Virus record (IMG/VR): IMGVR_UViG_2923682817_000001
Span: 32,001-96,000 of that record
From: a virus
Taxonomy: Duplodnaviria > Caudoviricetes
Strand: one strand, 5' to 3'
Length of the DNA stretch: 64,000 nucleotides
A program made the position numbers and the translations under genes. A model generated the notes under the pieces. That model made no database searches. It was given only the letters and a program-made list of their open reading frames with translations, and had not been told where the DNA came from. This document shows positions 18,056 to 26,451 of this stretch, piece by piece; position 1 is the stretch's first letter; each line of letters opens with the position of its first letter.

Positions 18056-18184
18056 CAGCTAACCACAGTTGAGGAATACACCGCAAGTCATTCCTTAAAA
18101 CTCTCTAGATCTCTCACATAAGGCCAGGTCACAGCCTTTTTTGAGGAATGAGTTGCAATACATTCCCCAGCTGTGGTTAGCTGA
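18056..18184. promoter_or_regulatory. divergent promoter pair with two operators (18072-18095, 18144-18167)
   Basis: Inverted duplication CAGCTAACCACAG..GGAAT / ATTCC..CTGTGGTTAGCTG at the strand switch. Confidence 0.8.
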
Positions 18185-18236
18185 TGCCACGCCGGAAACG
18201 GCAGCGCCACGCAGCACCACCGAAGGGAATCGAATC

Positions 18237-18491
18237 ATGATCCACTACCACGTCATCAGGCCCGGCGAGTCCGGGGGCGGCAAGCTCGGCGGCCGTACCT
18301 TCGAGAAGCTGGACCACGCCCGCGCCGAATTTCTCCTGCTCGCCCCCCACCACGCACAGGGGATCACCGCGGAGTACTGCCGCCAGGTTTTCGCTAACGG
18401 CAACGTGGTTCGGCTGCGCGACGGAGACGAACACGGGGGCGCCCCAATCGCCTATTTCGCCGAGTGCAAGCGAGACGGCGTCTCCTGCTGA
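18237..18491 (+). CDS. hypothetical protein
   Basis: CACCGAAGGGAAT start motif. Confidence 0.75.
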   Translation: MIHYHVIRPGESGGGKLGGRTFEKLDHARAEFLLLAPHHAQGITAEYCRQVFANGNVVRLRDGDEHGGAPIAYFAECKRDGVSC

Positions 18492-18593
18492 TCTGCCTGA
18501 CGGGTCCTCCGCTCACCGCGCCGGCGATCCGGCGCGGCCGGGCGGGGCGTCCGCCTGGACGATCCACCACGCACCACTGAAGGGAATCCGATC

Positions 18594-18893
18594 GTGAACA
18601 AGCCGCTGACGCTTTCCACGCCCGAACTGCAGGCCGGGGACGTCGTCTTGACATACGGGATGCGCGTACGTCTCTCCCCTGAGCCGCGGATCTACCAGAA
18701 CAGGGGGACGGTCTACGCCTGGAACGGCACCGTCGAGAACCTGGACGAAGTCAAGGCGGACGGATTCGTGCCCATGTCGTTCCTGTCCGAAGGGCATTGG
18801 GTCGACGGCAAGGGGTGGGTGTACGAAGTGACCGGCCGCTGGGTCATTCAGGGAAACGACCTTGCTACCTGGGCTGTGATGCGGTCGGCCTAG
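18594..18893 (+). CDS. hypothetical protein
   Basis: Hairpin + CACTGAAGGGAAT unit. Confidence 0.8.
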   Translation: MNKPLTLSTPELQAGDVVLTYGMRVRLSPEPRIYQNRGTVYAWNGTVENLDEVKADGFVPMSFLSEGHWVDGKGWVYEVTGRWVIQGNDLATWAVMRSA

Positions 18894-18985
18894 TGGGTCT
18901 GTCCGGGGACAAGCGGGCAGCTGCTCGCCGGTCCTCGCGTGGATCCACCCACGCCACCACCACGCACCACCGAAGGGAATCCGAC

Positions 18986-19579
18986 ATGAGTTGGTACCAG
19001 GATCAGGCGGCCATGCTGCAGCTCGCCCACGACATCGCCGAGCACCTGAAAGACTTCACGGTCGAGCTGTACCCCGTGCCCTTTGACGGCCACAGCAAGA
19101 TCAGTCTTGTAAACGGAGCGTTCCGCCTCGTGCTCCACCAGGACAGCGCGATGCACCGGAAGGGCAAGGTCACGTTCCTGACCGACTTGCCCTATGGCGA
19201 CAGGGTCAACGACCGTACGGTTACCTCCCCCGATCTCACCCTGAGCGCTCACCGGACCGGTAAGTCACTCGCCGGCGACATCACCCGGCGCCTGCTTCCC
19301 GAATACGTCCAGGCCATGCGCCAGGCGCGCGAGCAGATCGACGCGGCGCGCAGCCGGCGAGCCGAAACGAAGAACATGGCCCAGGCAATCGCCGCCATGC
19401 TGCCTGACGGCTACGCCAGGAACAGCGACGACAACGGCACCAACCAGCGCATCACGTGGCGCGGCTCCAAGGGACAGATTGACCTGTGGTCTGGTCGATC
19501 CGCGGTGGTCTCTCTGAACGTCGAGAGTCCCGAATTCCTCACCGAGCTGGTTGAGCTGATCGCCAAGCACTCCGCCTGA
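18986..19579 (+). CDS. hypothetical protein
   Basis: Hairpin + CACCGAAGGGAAT unit; DITRRLLPEY. Confidence 0.8.
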   Translation: MSWYQDQAAMLQLAHDIAEHLKDFTVELYPVPFDGHSKISLVNGAFRLVLHQDSAMHRKGKVTFLTDLPYGDRVNDRTVTSPDLTLSAHRTGKSLAGDITRRLLPEYVQAMRQAREQIDAARSRRAETKNMAQAIAAMLPDGYARNSDDNGTNQRITWRGSKGQIDLWSGRSAVVSLNVESPEFLTELVELIAKHSA

Positions 19580-19670
19580 CGGGTCCTCACCTACCGGGCC
19601 GGCGATCCGGTCCGGTAGGTGAGATGTCCGCCTGGACGAGTCCACCATGCACCACCGAAGGGGATCCGAT

Positions 19671-20024
19671 ATGACCATCAGGGACATGTCCAAGAAAGAC
19701 CTGGTCCACGTCGCGAACGGCGCTTTCACTAAGATCTACGAGCAGCGTACGGCCGTCCCCTCCTGGGGATCCGACGGCGCTATGACTAACTCGATGAGGG
19801 CCAACAACGAGGGCGACTCCGCAACCCTCTTCGCCGAATCCCGGACCTCTGGAATCTGGGCGCCGGACATGCGCGCGGAGATCGGCGTGCGGCTGCCGCT
19901 GTCCGAGCTGCGCCAGTACATTGCCGAGCTGACCGCGATTGCCGACGACCTCGAACAGCAGCAGGAGCAGCGCAAGGCCGATAACCGGGCCTTGATGCGC
20001 CTGTGCAACAACGGGAACGGCTGA
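19671..20024 (+). CDS. hypothetical protein
   Basis: Hairpin + CACCGAAGGG unit. Confidence 0.8.
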   Translation: MTIRDMSKKDLVHVANGAFTKIYEQRTAVPSWGSDGAMTNSMRANNEGDSATLFAESRTSGIWAPDMRAEIGVRLPLSELRQYIAELTAIADDLEQQQEQRKADNRALMRLCNNGNG

Positions 20025-20025
20025 C

Positions 20026-20373
20026 ATGGCGATCTCGTGGCGCAAGTACCGGAACACTGGTGAGATCTTCGGCCGGGTGTACATCGAGCACCGCTACGGG
20101 CTGTACGACTTGGTCAACATCCTCGCGAAGTACGCTCACGAAAACAACGACGCCGGCCCCTTCGACGAGCTCGACGTCACGAAACCCCTGTCGAAGACGT
20201 CGGCGGAGAAGTACATCCGCGAGCAGCTCCACGAATATGGACATCACGCGTCGTGGCTCTGGCGCGACAACACCGACGAGGACATGATCGAAATGTGCTT
20301 CGCGTGGGGTCGCGAAACCGCGATCCGAATCTGGCCGGAGTTCGCCGACCAGTTCGCCGAGGTGTCCGGGTGA
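20026..20373 (+). CDS. hypothetical protein
   Basis: Directly follows the upstream stop; GC3 bias. Confidence 0.8.
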   Translation: MAISWRKYRNTGEIFGRVYIEHRYGLYDLVNILAKYAHENNDAGPFDELDVTKPLSKTSAEKYIREQLHEYGHHASWLWRDNTDEDMIEMCFAWGRETAIRIWPEFADQFAEVSG

Positions 20374-20415
20374 AGTCCGATCATCTCTGATCATGGTCGG
20401 GCCGATTTTGGTCCG

Positions 20416-20475
20416 TTGGCGGATTGTGCCTCGCATCCCAACTGTGTTTGGCGGATTGCGCCCCGTATCCCAATT
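20416..20475. repeat. imperfect 28-bp direct repeat containing the ATCCCAAYT motif
   Basis: TTGGCGGATTGTGCCTCGCATCCCAACT / TTGGCGGATTGCGCCCCGTATCCCAATT; the second copy overlaps a terminator stem. Confidence 0.7.
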
Positions 20476-20512
20476 AGGATGCGGGGCTTTTCGCTGTTCA
20501 AAGGTGCTTTTA

Positions 20513-20551
20513 AGGAATATATTGTGTTTCATTCCTCACGCTGCCATACTG
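20513..20551 (+). promoter_or_regulatory. operator (20513-20536) + promoter
   Basis: AGGAAT atattgtgtttc ATTCCT; TTGTGT -35 with a CATACT-like -10. Confidence 0.7.
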
Positions 20552-20590
20552 AGCACACACCACAGCAGTACCGAAGGGAACCCCCGCCCC

Positions 20591-20821
20591 ATGAGCAAGC
20601 ACGACATGACCGAGCTCACCAAGGCCCTTACAGACCAAGGGTTCGAGGTGGTCACCAAAGGCGTCCGACACCCCAAGGTCTACAAGGTGACGACCAACCC
20701 CGACGGCGGTGAACGGCGCCGGCTGATCACTACGCTCCCGTCGTCGTCTTCATCAGGTCGGAACCTGGACAACACACTTCCCTACCTGCGCAGGGCTGGG
20801 TTCGTGTGGAAGAACCGCTAA
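20591..20821 (+). CDS. HicA-like (dsRBD-fold) toxin-type protein
   Basis: L..QGFEV..GVRHPKV..TLPSS.S.GRNL.N....LRRAGFVW. Confidence 0.65.
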   Translation: MSKHDMTELTKALTDQGFEVVTKGVRHPKVYKVTTNPDGGERRRLITTLPSSSSSGRNLDNTLPYLRRAGFVWKNR

Positions 20822-20896
20822 AAGTGACATCCCCCGCCCCGTCCTCAATACTGAGGGCGGGGCTTCCCCGTGCAATAACGACGACGAGGTGACGCG

Positions 20897-21226
20897 ATGG
20901 CCGAGAAGCAATGGTCGGTCCAGGTCGACTGGGGAAACGTCCCCAGCGAGCGCGAGATAGACACCATGCTGGACTACCTGAACGAGCACCGGCCGGACAC
21001 GCTCCCCGCTCTGGGCATCCTGGAGAACGGCCTGATGTCGGCTCGGCTGATGATCGCGACCCATGAGGGCTGGGACGCCGAGGCGGCCCTGTCGAGCGCT
21101 CGAAGGGCTCTCCAGCGCGCCCAGGGGGTCAGAGACCTGAGTATCCGACGGGTGGAGGTCATGCCCTGGGCGGAGTTCCTGGAGCGTGAGGAGGCGTTTG
21201 CGGACGGGGCGATGATCTCGACCTGA
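20897..21226 (+). CDS. HicB-like partner N-domain without the usual C-terminal HTH
   Basis: Position after the HicA-like gene; WSV..D..AEAAL..RVEVMPWAEFLER ends where an HTH would normally begin. Confidence 0.45.
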   Translation: MAEKQWSVQVDWGNVPSEREIDTMLDYLNEHRPDTLPALGILENGLMSARLMIATHEGWDAEAALSSARRALQRAQGVRDLSIRRVEVMPWAEFLEREEAFADGAMIST

Positions 21227-21240
21227 CCGGCGCCCTTTAG

Positions 21241-21375
21241 GCCCCCGTTCCCCCTATGGGATCGGGGGCTTTTTGCTGCTCACAGTCTTTTTTGAGGAAT
21301 GTATTGCGCTGCATTCCTTGTCGGTGCTACGGTATTCACATCCACCAAGAACAACCGACAAGGAGCCACCACATG
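21241..21375 (+). promoter_or_regulatory. early expression cassette (terminator 21241-21273; operator 21295-21318)
   Basis: TTGCGC-18-TACGGT; CCACCAAGAACAACCGACAAGGAG leader. Confidence 0.8.
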
Positions 21376-21636
21376 GCCCGCAACCTTCTCGCCAGCACCG
21401 ACTACCGGGTGCGCCTTCAGATGGCACTCACCCTGCGCGCCGACCGGCTGGCCGACCTTCAGGGCCTTGAGACCGAGCTGACGGAGGCGGCCGACGGCTT
21501 CACCCGCGGAATCCTGCGGACCCGCATTCGCGCCACGTCCAACCACATCGCGGGCTGGGAGGACTACATCAACGACGGCTGCCCCTACGAGCCGCGCGCC
21601 CAGGTCACCCGCTCCACCTACCGCCGTACCGCCTGA
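21373..21636 (+). CDS. hypothetical protein
   Basis: Cassette leader and RBS. Confidence 0.8.
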   Translation: MARNLLASTDYRVRLQMALTLRADRLADLQGLETELTEAADGFTRGILRTRIRATSNHIAGWEDYINDGCPYEPRAQVTRSTYRRTA

Positions 21637-21645
21637 GGGGACGAC

Positions 21646-21813
21646 ATGACCGACGGTGAATTTCCCACGCTCCCCATCCTGTGCCCCGCCTGCTTTTTCA
21701 ACCTCAAGGACGACGGCTACCCCAGAGCACACCAGAACGCCACGGACGGGAAGACCTGCTCCTACGAGCTCAGCCCCGCATTGCTGGACTTCTGGTCCGA
21801 CCCTGACGCCTGA
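21646..21813 (+). CDS. 55-aa CxxC..H..C small protein (not in the ORF track)
   Basis: MTDGEFPTLPILCPACFFNL..H..KTC; GAGGGG RBS. Confidence 0.6.
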   Translation: MTDGEFPTLPILCPACFFNLKDDGYPRAHQNATDGKTCSYELSPALLDFWSDPDA

Positions 21814-21824
21814 AGGGAGCTGTT

Positions 21825-22106
21825 ATGCGTACCTGTCTCACCCCTGATCAGTTGGCAAGCCTCGCCGCGCAGGGATTCGCCGAGTCACAGCGCAGCCGCT
21901 TCGTTGACCCTGACGCAGTCGCCAAGTCCAAGCGGATTCTTTGCGAACGCGGAGAGGAATGGGCCGCAAGCGTTCTCATGCGCGACCTTTCCCGCCGGTC
22001 TCTCCTGCTTCCCCATCTTCCGTACCTGGAGAACGGCGAGTTGGAAACGCTCATCCTTGCCGACCGCGCCGAATGGGATCAGCTCGCGGCGCTGGCTCAG
22101 GCATAA
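21825..22106 (+). CDS. hypothetical protein
   Basis: AAGGGAG RBS. Confidence 0.7.
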   Translation: MRTCLTPDQLASLAAQGFAESQRSRFVDPDAVAKSKRILCERGEEWAASVLMRDLSRRSLLLPHLPYLENGELETLILADRAEWDQLAALAQA

Positions 22107-22135
22107 CCACCCTGAAAATACGAGAGGAACCGATC

Positions 22136-22492
22136 ATGGAACAGACCACCGTAGACCAGCAGATTTCCGAGGCCGAGCAGCGTGCGGCGCTGGCCCAGAC
22201 CCGCGCGGACTGGGAGAAGTTCGACGGCATCCGCCAGCGGGTGAACGCCATGGACATCATGGTCGACGCCTTGCGCGGCAAGACGGCCGACGGCCCGTGG
22301 CTGATCACGGCCGGAGCCATCCGCGTGAAGGACCTGGAGAAGCTCGTCACCCTGGCCGAAATCGCGCTCCGGGTCCACCGCGAGATCCAGTCGTGCGCGG
22401 ACCAGCAGATCCCCCTTGAGGGCCGCGAATCTGAGCTGGCATTCGACCTCTGGAACCGCGTCAACACCTTGAACGCCCAGCAGTCCGAGTAA
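22136..22492 (+). CDS. hypothetical protein, paralog family member (C-domain only)
   Basis: FDGIRQRVNAM..DLEKLVTLAE..LWNRVNTLNA. Confidence 0.8.
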   Translation: MEQTTVDQQISEAEQRAALAQTRADWEKFDGIRQRVNAMDIMVDALRGKTADGPWLITAGAIRVKDLEKLVTLAEIALRVHREIQSCADQQIPLEGRESELAFDLWNRVNTLNAQQSE

Positions 22493-22578
22493 CCCTCACC
22501 GTAGGCGGGCCGATTTGGTCCGGTCCGCCTGCGGGCAAGGCCACTCGGCCGAGTCTGTTCGCACTGAAGGGAACCCCC

Positions 22579-23277
22579 GTGAAGAAGTCCGGCATCAAGC
22601 CTGGCGAGTTCTACGCCCTGAACAATCGCTACAGCACCGACCTGGTACGCGTGATCAATCTCGACCAGCTGGTGGTCAACGTTGACCGGAGCTGGGACCG
22701 CACCGTTCGAGCGTGCTTCGAGACCTCCCGCGACAAGCGGCCGACCCGCTGGAACTACGCGCAGGCCTCGGGATTCGCCGCGGTGAAGCTGGCGAGCGAC
22801 ACCCCCGAGCTGCGCGAGGCCGCGGCCAAGCTGACCCTTGACGACTTTCTGGCCGCCACGAATTCCGAGCCGGCTGACGGTCTGGAATTCGTGATCGTGA
22901 CGACCCTGGCCAAGATCCTCGGCCCGTACACGGAGGTTATGGCCGCCAAGGAGGCCGAGGAGGAGCGGGCGAGGCTTGCCCGCGAGCAGTCCGAGAAGAA
23001 GGCCGCGGAAGTGGCTGAACGGTTCAACGGCATTCGCGGGCGGCTCAACGCGATGGGCGTCACCGTCTTCCCCGAGCGCGTTGGCGGGACCATGTCAGGA
23101 AGGGCCTACATGGACGACTTGGAGCGGCTCGCCGCGCTGGCCGAACTCGCGGTTGATCTGCACACCAAGATTGACCAGGGCGCCGGATCCTTCGAGATGG
23201 CGTCGATCGAAGCGCATAGGTACGGCGCGGGATACGCGTTTGGGGTCTGGGAGAAGGTCCAGGCTCTGAACGCCTAG
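22579..23277 (+). CDS. hypothetical protein, paralog family member
   Basis: MKKSGIKPG.FYA; FNGIRGRLNAM..DLERLAALAE..VWEKVQALNA. Confidence 0.8.
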   Translation: MKKSGIKPGEFYALNNRYSTDLVRVINLDQLVVNVDRSWDRTVRACFETSRDKRPTRWNYAQASGFAAVKLASDTPELREAAAKLTLDDFLAATNSEPADGLEFVIVTTLAKILGPYTEVMAAKEAEEERARLAREQSEKKAAEVAERFNGIRGRLNAMGVTVFPERVGGTMSGRAYMDDLERLAALAELAVDLHTKIDQGAGSFEMASIEAHRYGAGYAFGVWEKVQALNA

Positions 23278-23381
23278 TTGTCCCAGTGGTCCTGTTCGCC
23301 GGCGGGCCGATTTGGTCCGACCCGCCGGCGGGCAAGGCCGCTCGGCCAGCTCCGCTACGCACCACCGAAGGGAATCCGATC

Positions 23382-24074
23382 ATGAAGCGCTCCGAGATCG
23401 TACTTGGCTCCGTCTACGCACACCAGCGCACTGGTGGACACGCTGAACCGATCATGTTCGTGTCGACGAGCTCCATCTACGAGCAGTGCTCGCGCGCTAA
23501 CTCCCCCGTCGGCGGTGTTTTCCGCCAGACGAGCGATGTTCGGCCGCGGTCCCGCTACGGCGTCGCCCTGTCCGGCTACCCCGTGGTGCGGCTGATCGTC
23601 GACACGCCGGAGAACCGCAAGCGCGCCGCCGAGGTCTCCATGGAGGACTTCGAGCACGCCACCACGGCTGACCTCGGGGACGGTCTGTGGCTCGATGTCG
23701 TGGCCCGTACGCAGCTAATCACGGGCCTGTATGACGTGCTGAAGGCCGAGACCGCCGCACGCGACGAGCGCAGCCGGGCCGCCCTCTCAGAGCACGAGGC
23801 GAAGGCCGCCGCCAGCCGCCAGCACTACAACGACACGCGCAACAGCCTGTCCGTCTACGGGGTCAAGCTGCGCGAGCTGAGCCCCTACGACGACGACATC
23901 ATCACTCACGCGAAGGTCAAGCTGGAGGACCTGGACAAGCTGCGCGGCATCCTGGACACCGTGCGCAACCTGGAGATGCTCGTCAAGGAGTGGGACACGG
24001 GCGGCCAGACGGAAACCGCGGCTGAGATCGTTCTGATTCTCCGCAACCTGCAGCGCGGTCTCGTCTCCGAGTAG
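23382..24074 (+). CDS. hypothetical protein, paralog family member
   Basis: MKRSEIVLGSVYA; DTPE.R..AA; LEDLDKL. Confidence 0.8.
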   Translation: MKRSEIVLGSVYAHQRTGGHAEPIMFVSTSSIYEQCSRANSPVGGVFRQTSDVRPRSRYGVALSGYPVVRLIVDTPENRKRAAEVSMEDFEHATTADLGDGLWLDVVARTQLITGLYDVLKAETAARDERSRAALSEHEAKAAASRQHYNDTRNSLSVYGVKLRELSPYDDDIITHAKVKLEDLDKLRGILDTVRNLEMLVKEWDTGGQTETAAEIVLILRNLQRGLVSE

Positions 24075-24163
24075 CCATGGTGGGGAGCGGCGCGGAGTAA
24101 TCTGATCCGTTCCCGGCCACGGCCGCTCGGCCGATTCCGTTCGCACCGCGCGAGGAGTTTGCG

Positions 24164-24832
24164 ATGTTGATCACTGAACTGATCCCCGAGGGTATGTCGG
24201 GACCTGGCCGGCAGACGGTCGAGCTCGACGGCGTGACGTATGAGCTCGTCGCCTGGGGACATCTCCGTTCCGGCGACCCGGTTAGCTGGGACGTGGTCCG
24301 CTTGGCTGGAGAGGATCGCGTCAGGTTTGCGCACATCATCCAGCACCAGCCGACAGAGCGTGTGTTCGACGTTCGGCCGGTTTCGTGGTTCATGCCCACG
24401 GTGACGACCAGCGTGACTGGTGACCTGGCCGAGATCGTGGCCGAGGTTCGCAAGCACAACGAGGCCGACGACAGGCTGTTTGCCGAGGAGGTAGGCGATC
24501 TGCGCGGGTTCGCTGCGCTGGTCTGGGCGGTCAGGCACTCGCCGATCAAGTCGGAGTTCAGCAAGCGGTACGACACCTACCGGATCCCTGTGTACGACGC
24601 GTTGCCACTGGTCTGGGTGACTCTGCGGTTCGAGACCGAGTCGCGGACCGTGCCTTACTACGATGCCGAGACGAACGAGATGACGACCAGGCTGCTGGAG
24701 TTCGGCCCCAACGGCAAGTACACGGTGCAGGTGCGCAACCCGGAATACCAGGATGAAGACGTCCGGCTGTTCGACGACCCGCGCGAAGCGGTCCGCAGCG
24801 CTGCGGAAGCGGCGAACTCTGCCTACACCTGA
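24164..24832 (+). CDS. hypothetical protein
   Basis: GAGGAG RBS behind a hairpin unit. Confidence 0.8.
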   Translation: MLITELIPEGMSGPGRQTVELDGVTYELVAWGHLRSGDPVSWDVVRLAGEDRVRFAHIIQHQPTERVFDVRPVSWFMPTVTTSVTGDLAEIVAEVRKHNEADDRLFAEEVGDLRGFAALVWAVRHSPIKSEFSKRYDTYRIPVYDALPLVWVTLRFETESRTVPYYDAETNEMTTRLLEFGPNGKYTVQVRNPEYQDEDVRLFDDPREAVRSAAEAANSAYT

Positions 24833-24844
24833 TCCGGTCATGAC

Positions 24845-24877
24845 GAAGGCCCCCCGGCTTGCGCTGGGGGGCCTTCG
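24845..24877. terminator. bidirectional terminator at the early/core convergence
   Basis: CGAAGGCCCCC...GGGGGCCTTCG. Confidence 0.8.
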
Positions 24878-24957
24878 CGTTTATCCACCACGGGCGGCAC
24901 CGAAGGGAATTCCGTACCACCGCGGCATCAACGGTAGCAGGCTGCCGGACGGTCCGG

Positions 24958-26451
24958 TCAGTCTCCGATCACCTCGGCCTCAACAATGCCGGCGTCAGCG
25001 AAGACGTGGTCCGACTGCACCGGGGCCGCCAGTGCCCGAGCCGATTCCGACGCGTCTTTGCCGAACAGTCTGGCGATCATTCCGGACTGGGCCTGAGCTC
25101 GGGACGAGGCCTTGACCGAGATGGACAGCGTTTCCGATTCCGACTCGCGGTGCTTGGCGATGCTGCGGTCCCATCCGTCCAGCTCCTTAGTCAGGTTCGG
25201 GTCGGCGTATCCGCCTTCCATCTGCTCGACCATGTGCATGAACGCGATTCGCTGGAATCTGATGGCTCGGATTGCGTCGTCGGCGGCGTCGATCTGCTCG
25301 CGCGTCCGCAACGTGATGGGCACCTCATAGGCGCAGCCGGCGTCAGGGCGAAATGCCTTGCAGTGGGAGGCGATATAGCAACTATTGCACTGGCGTAGGG
25401 ACGTGCCGGCGATGCTCGGCAGGTTGTCGGTGCGGCTGATCTGCTCGCCGTTTTCTCCCAGCTCAGAGCGTGAAACCTGGCGGAGCGAGAGGCCCGGGAG
25501 GAGCTCGCGTTCGCTCTCGTCGCGGGCGACCGCAGTTGTGGTTTTGGTCCGAGCTTCTGGGGTGTCCATCCCAACTACGGCAGGGGTGGTTTCCCCATTT
25601 ACGTCCGTGACCGGTTCAGGCGACATAGTAAGTGTTTTCTTTCGCGAGTTGAGATGTCCGACCAGCTGGCGCCACGACCAGACGGCGACCTTCAGGACCT
25701 CGGTGGAGTCGTCGCCCTCGAACAGGTCCGTGTCGAATCCCTCACGGTCCAGGTGCGCGCGGTGACGCTTGCGGCCCTGCGCCTTGTAGGCCTTGGGGTA
25801 GCGCTTCAACGTGTGGCCGGTCCAGATCTGGGAGTCGCCGTACTGGGCCGGCGACAGCCAGCTGGTGGATGCGACCGAGTCCCAGGCGATCGACTCCATG
25901 AGGTCCGGCTTGGTCATTGCGATGCCGTGCAGACGAACCCCGCGGCGGGCGATCCGGTTGAGGACGCCGGCGATGTCTCGGCCGGAGATCGACGTCTGCG
26001 GCACCCCGACGCGGCCGTAAGAGTCCGCCAGGCGCTCCAGCTCGGGCAGGCCGGCGGCTGCGTCCCAGATCGGGAGGAATTTCTCCCCCAGGTCGCCGTA
26101 GAAGTCCGATCGCTGGCGCTCGATCCAGTCCGGTCCCATGGCGCGGGCGTCCAACTCGGAGACCATCTCGACCCTGTCCAGGTTCGCCAGGACGAAAGCC
26201 TGATAGCGGTCCGACAGGGTCTCGATGTCCTCGCGGCTGTAGGAATCCGGTTTGCTGTTGACGGTGTAGGCGCCGGAGTCCAGGAAGACGCGTTGTCCGT
26301 CTGGGTATTTGTCGCTGATGAGCCATGGCCGGGCGAATTTCGTCCGGCGGGACAGACCGACGAAGGACAAGCCAACGTCGGTCACGTCCTGCTCGGCGAG
26401 GAGCTTGCGCCAGCCTGGGATCTCCGACCCACCGAAGTAGAGGGTCAGCAC
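24958..26451 (-). CDS. tRNA-guanine transglycosylase (TGT/DpdA)-like domain fused to a Cys-rich C-terminal domain
   Basis: VFLDSGAYT, ELD, FLPIW, RLHGIA, DSVASTSW; C-terminal CNSC..C..C. Confidence 0.6.
   Translation of the reverse strand: MLTLYFGGSEIPGWRKLLAEQDVTDVGLSFVGLSRRTKFARPWLISDKYPDGQRVFLDSGAYTVNSKPDSYSREDIETLSDRYQAFVLANLDRVEMVSELDARAMGPDWIERQRSDFYGDLGEKFLPIWDAAAGLPELERLADSYGRVGVPQTSISGRDIAGVLNRIARRGVRLHGIAMTKPDLMESIAWDSVASTSWLSPAQYGDSQIWTGHTLKRYPKAYKAQGRKRHRAHLDREGFDTDLFEGDDSTEVLKVAVWSWRQLVGHLNSRKKTLTMSPEPVTDVNGETTPAVVGMDTPEARTKTTTAVARDESERELLPGLSLRQVSRSELGENGEQISRTDNLPSIAGTSLRQCNSCYIASHCKAFRPDAGCAYEVPITLRTREQIDAADDAIRAIRFQRIAFMHMVEQMEGGYADPNLTKELDGWDRSIAKHRESESETLSISVKASSRAQAQSGMIARLFGKDASESARALAAPVQSDHVFADAGIVEAEVIGD

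Noticed and set aside
10077-24163. Intergenic repeats as a CRISPR array, integron attC sites or hammerhead ribozymes
   Set aside because: Repeats are separated by whole genes, lack RYYYAAC/GTTRRRY ends and an integrase, and CTGACGG is not followed by a hammerhead GAAA core
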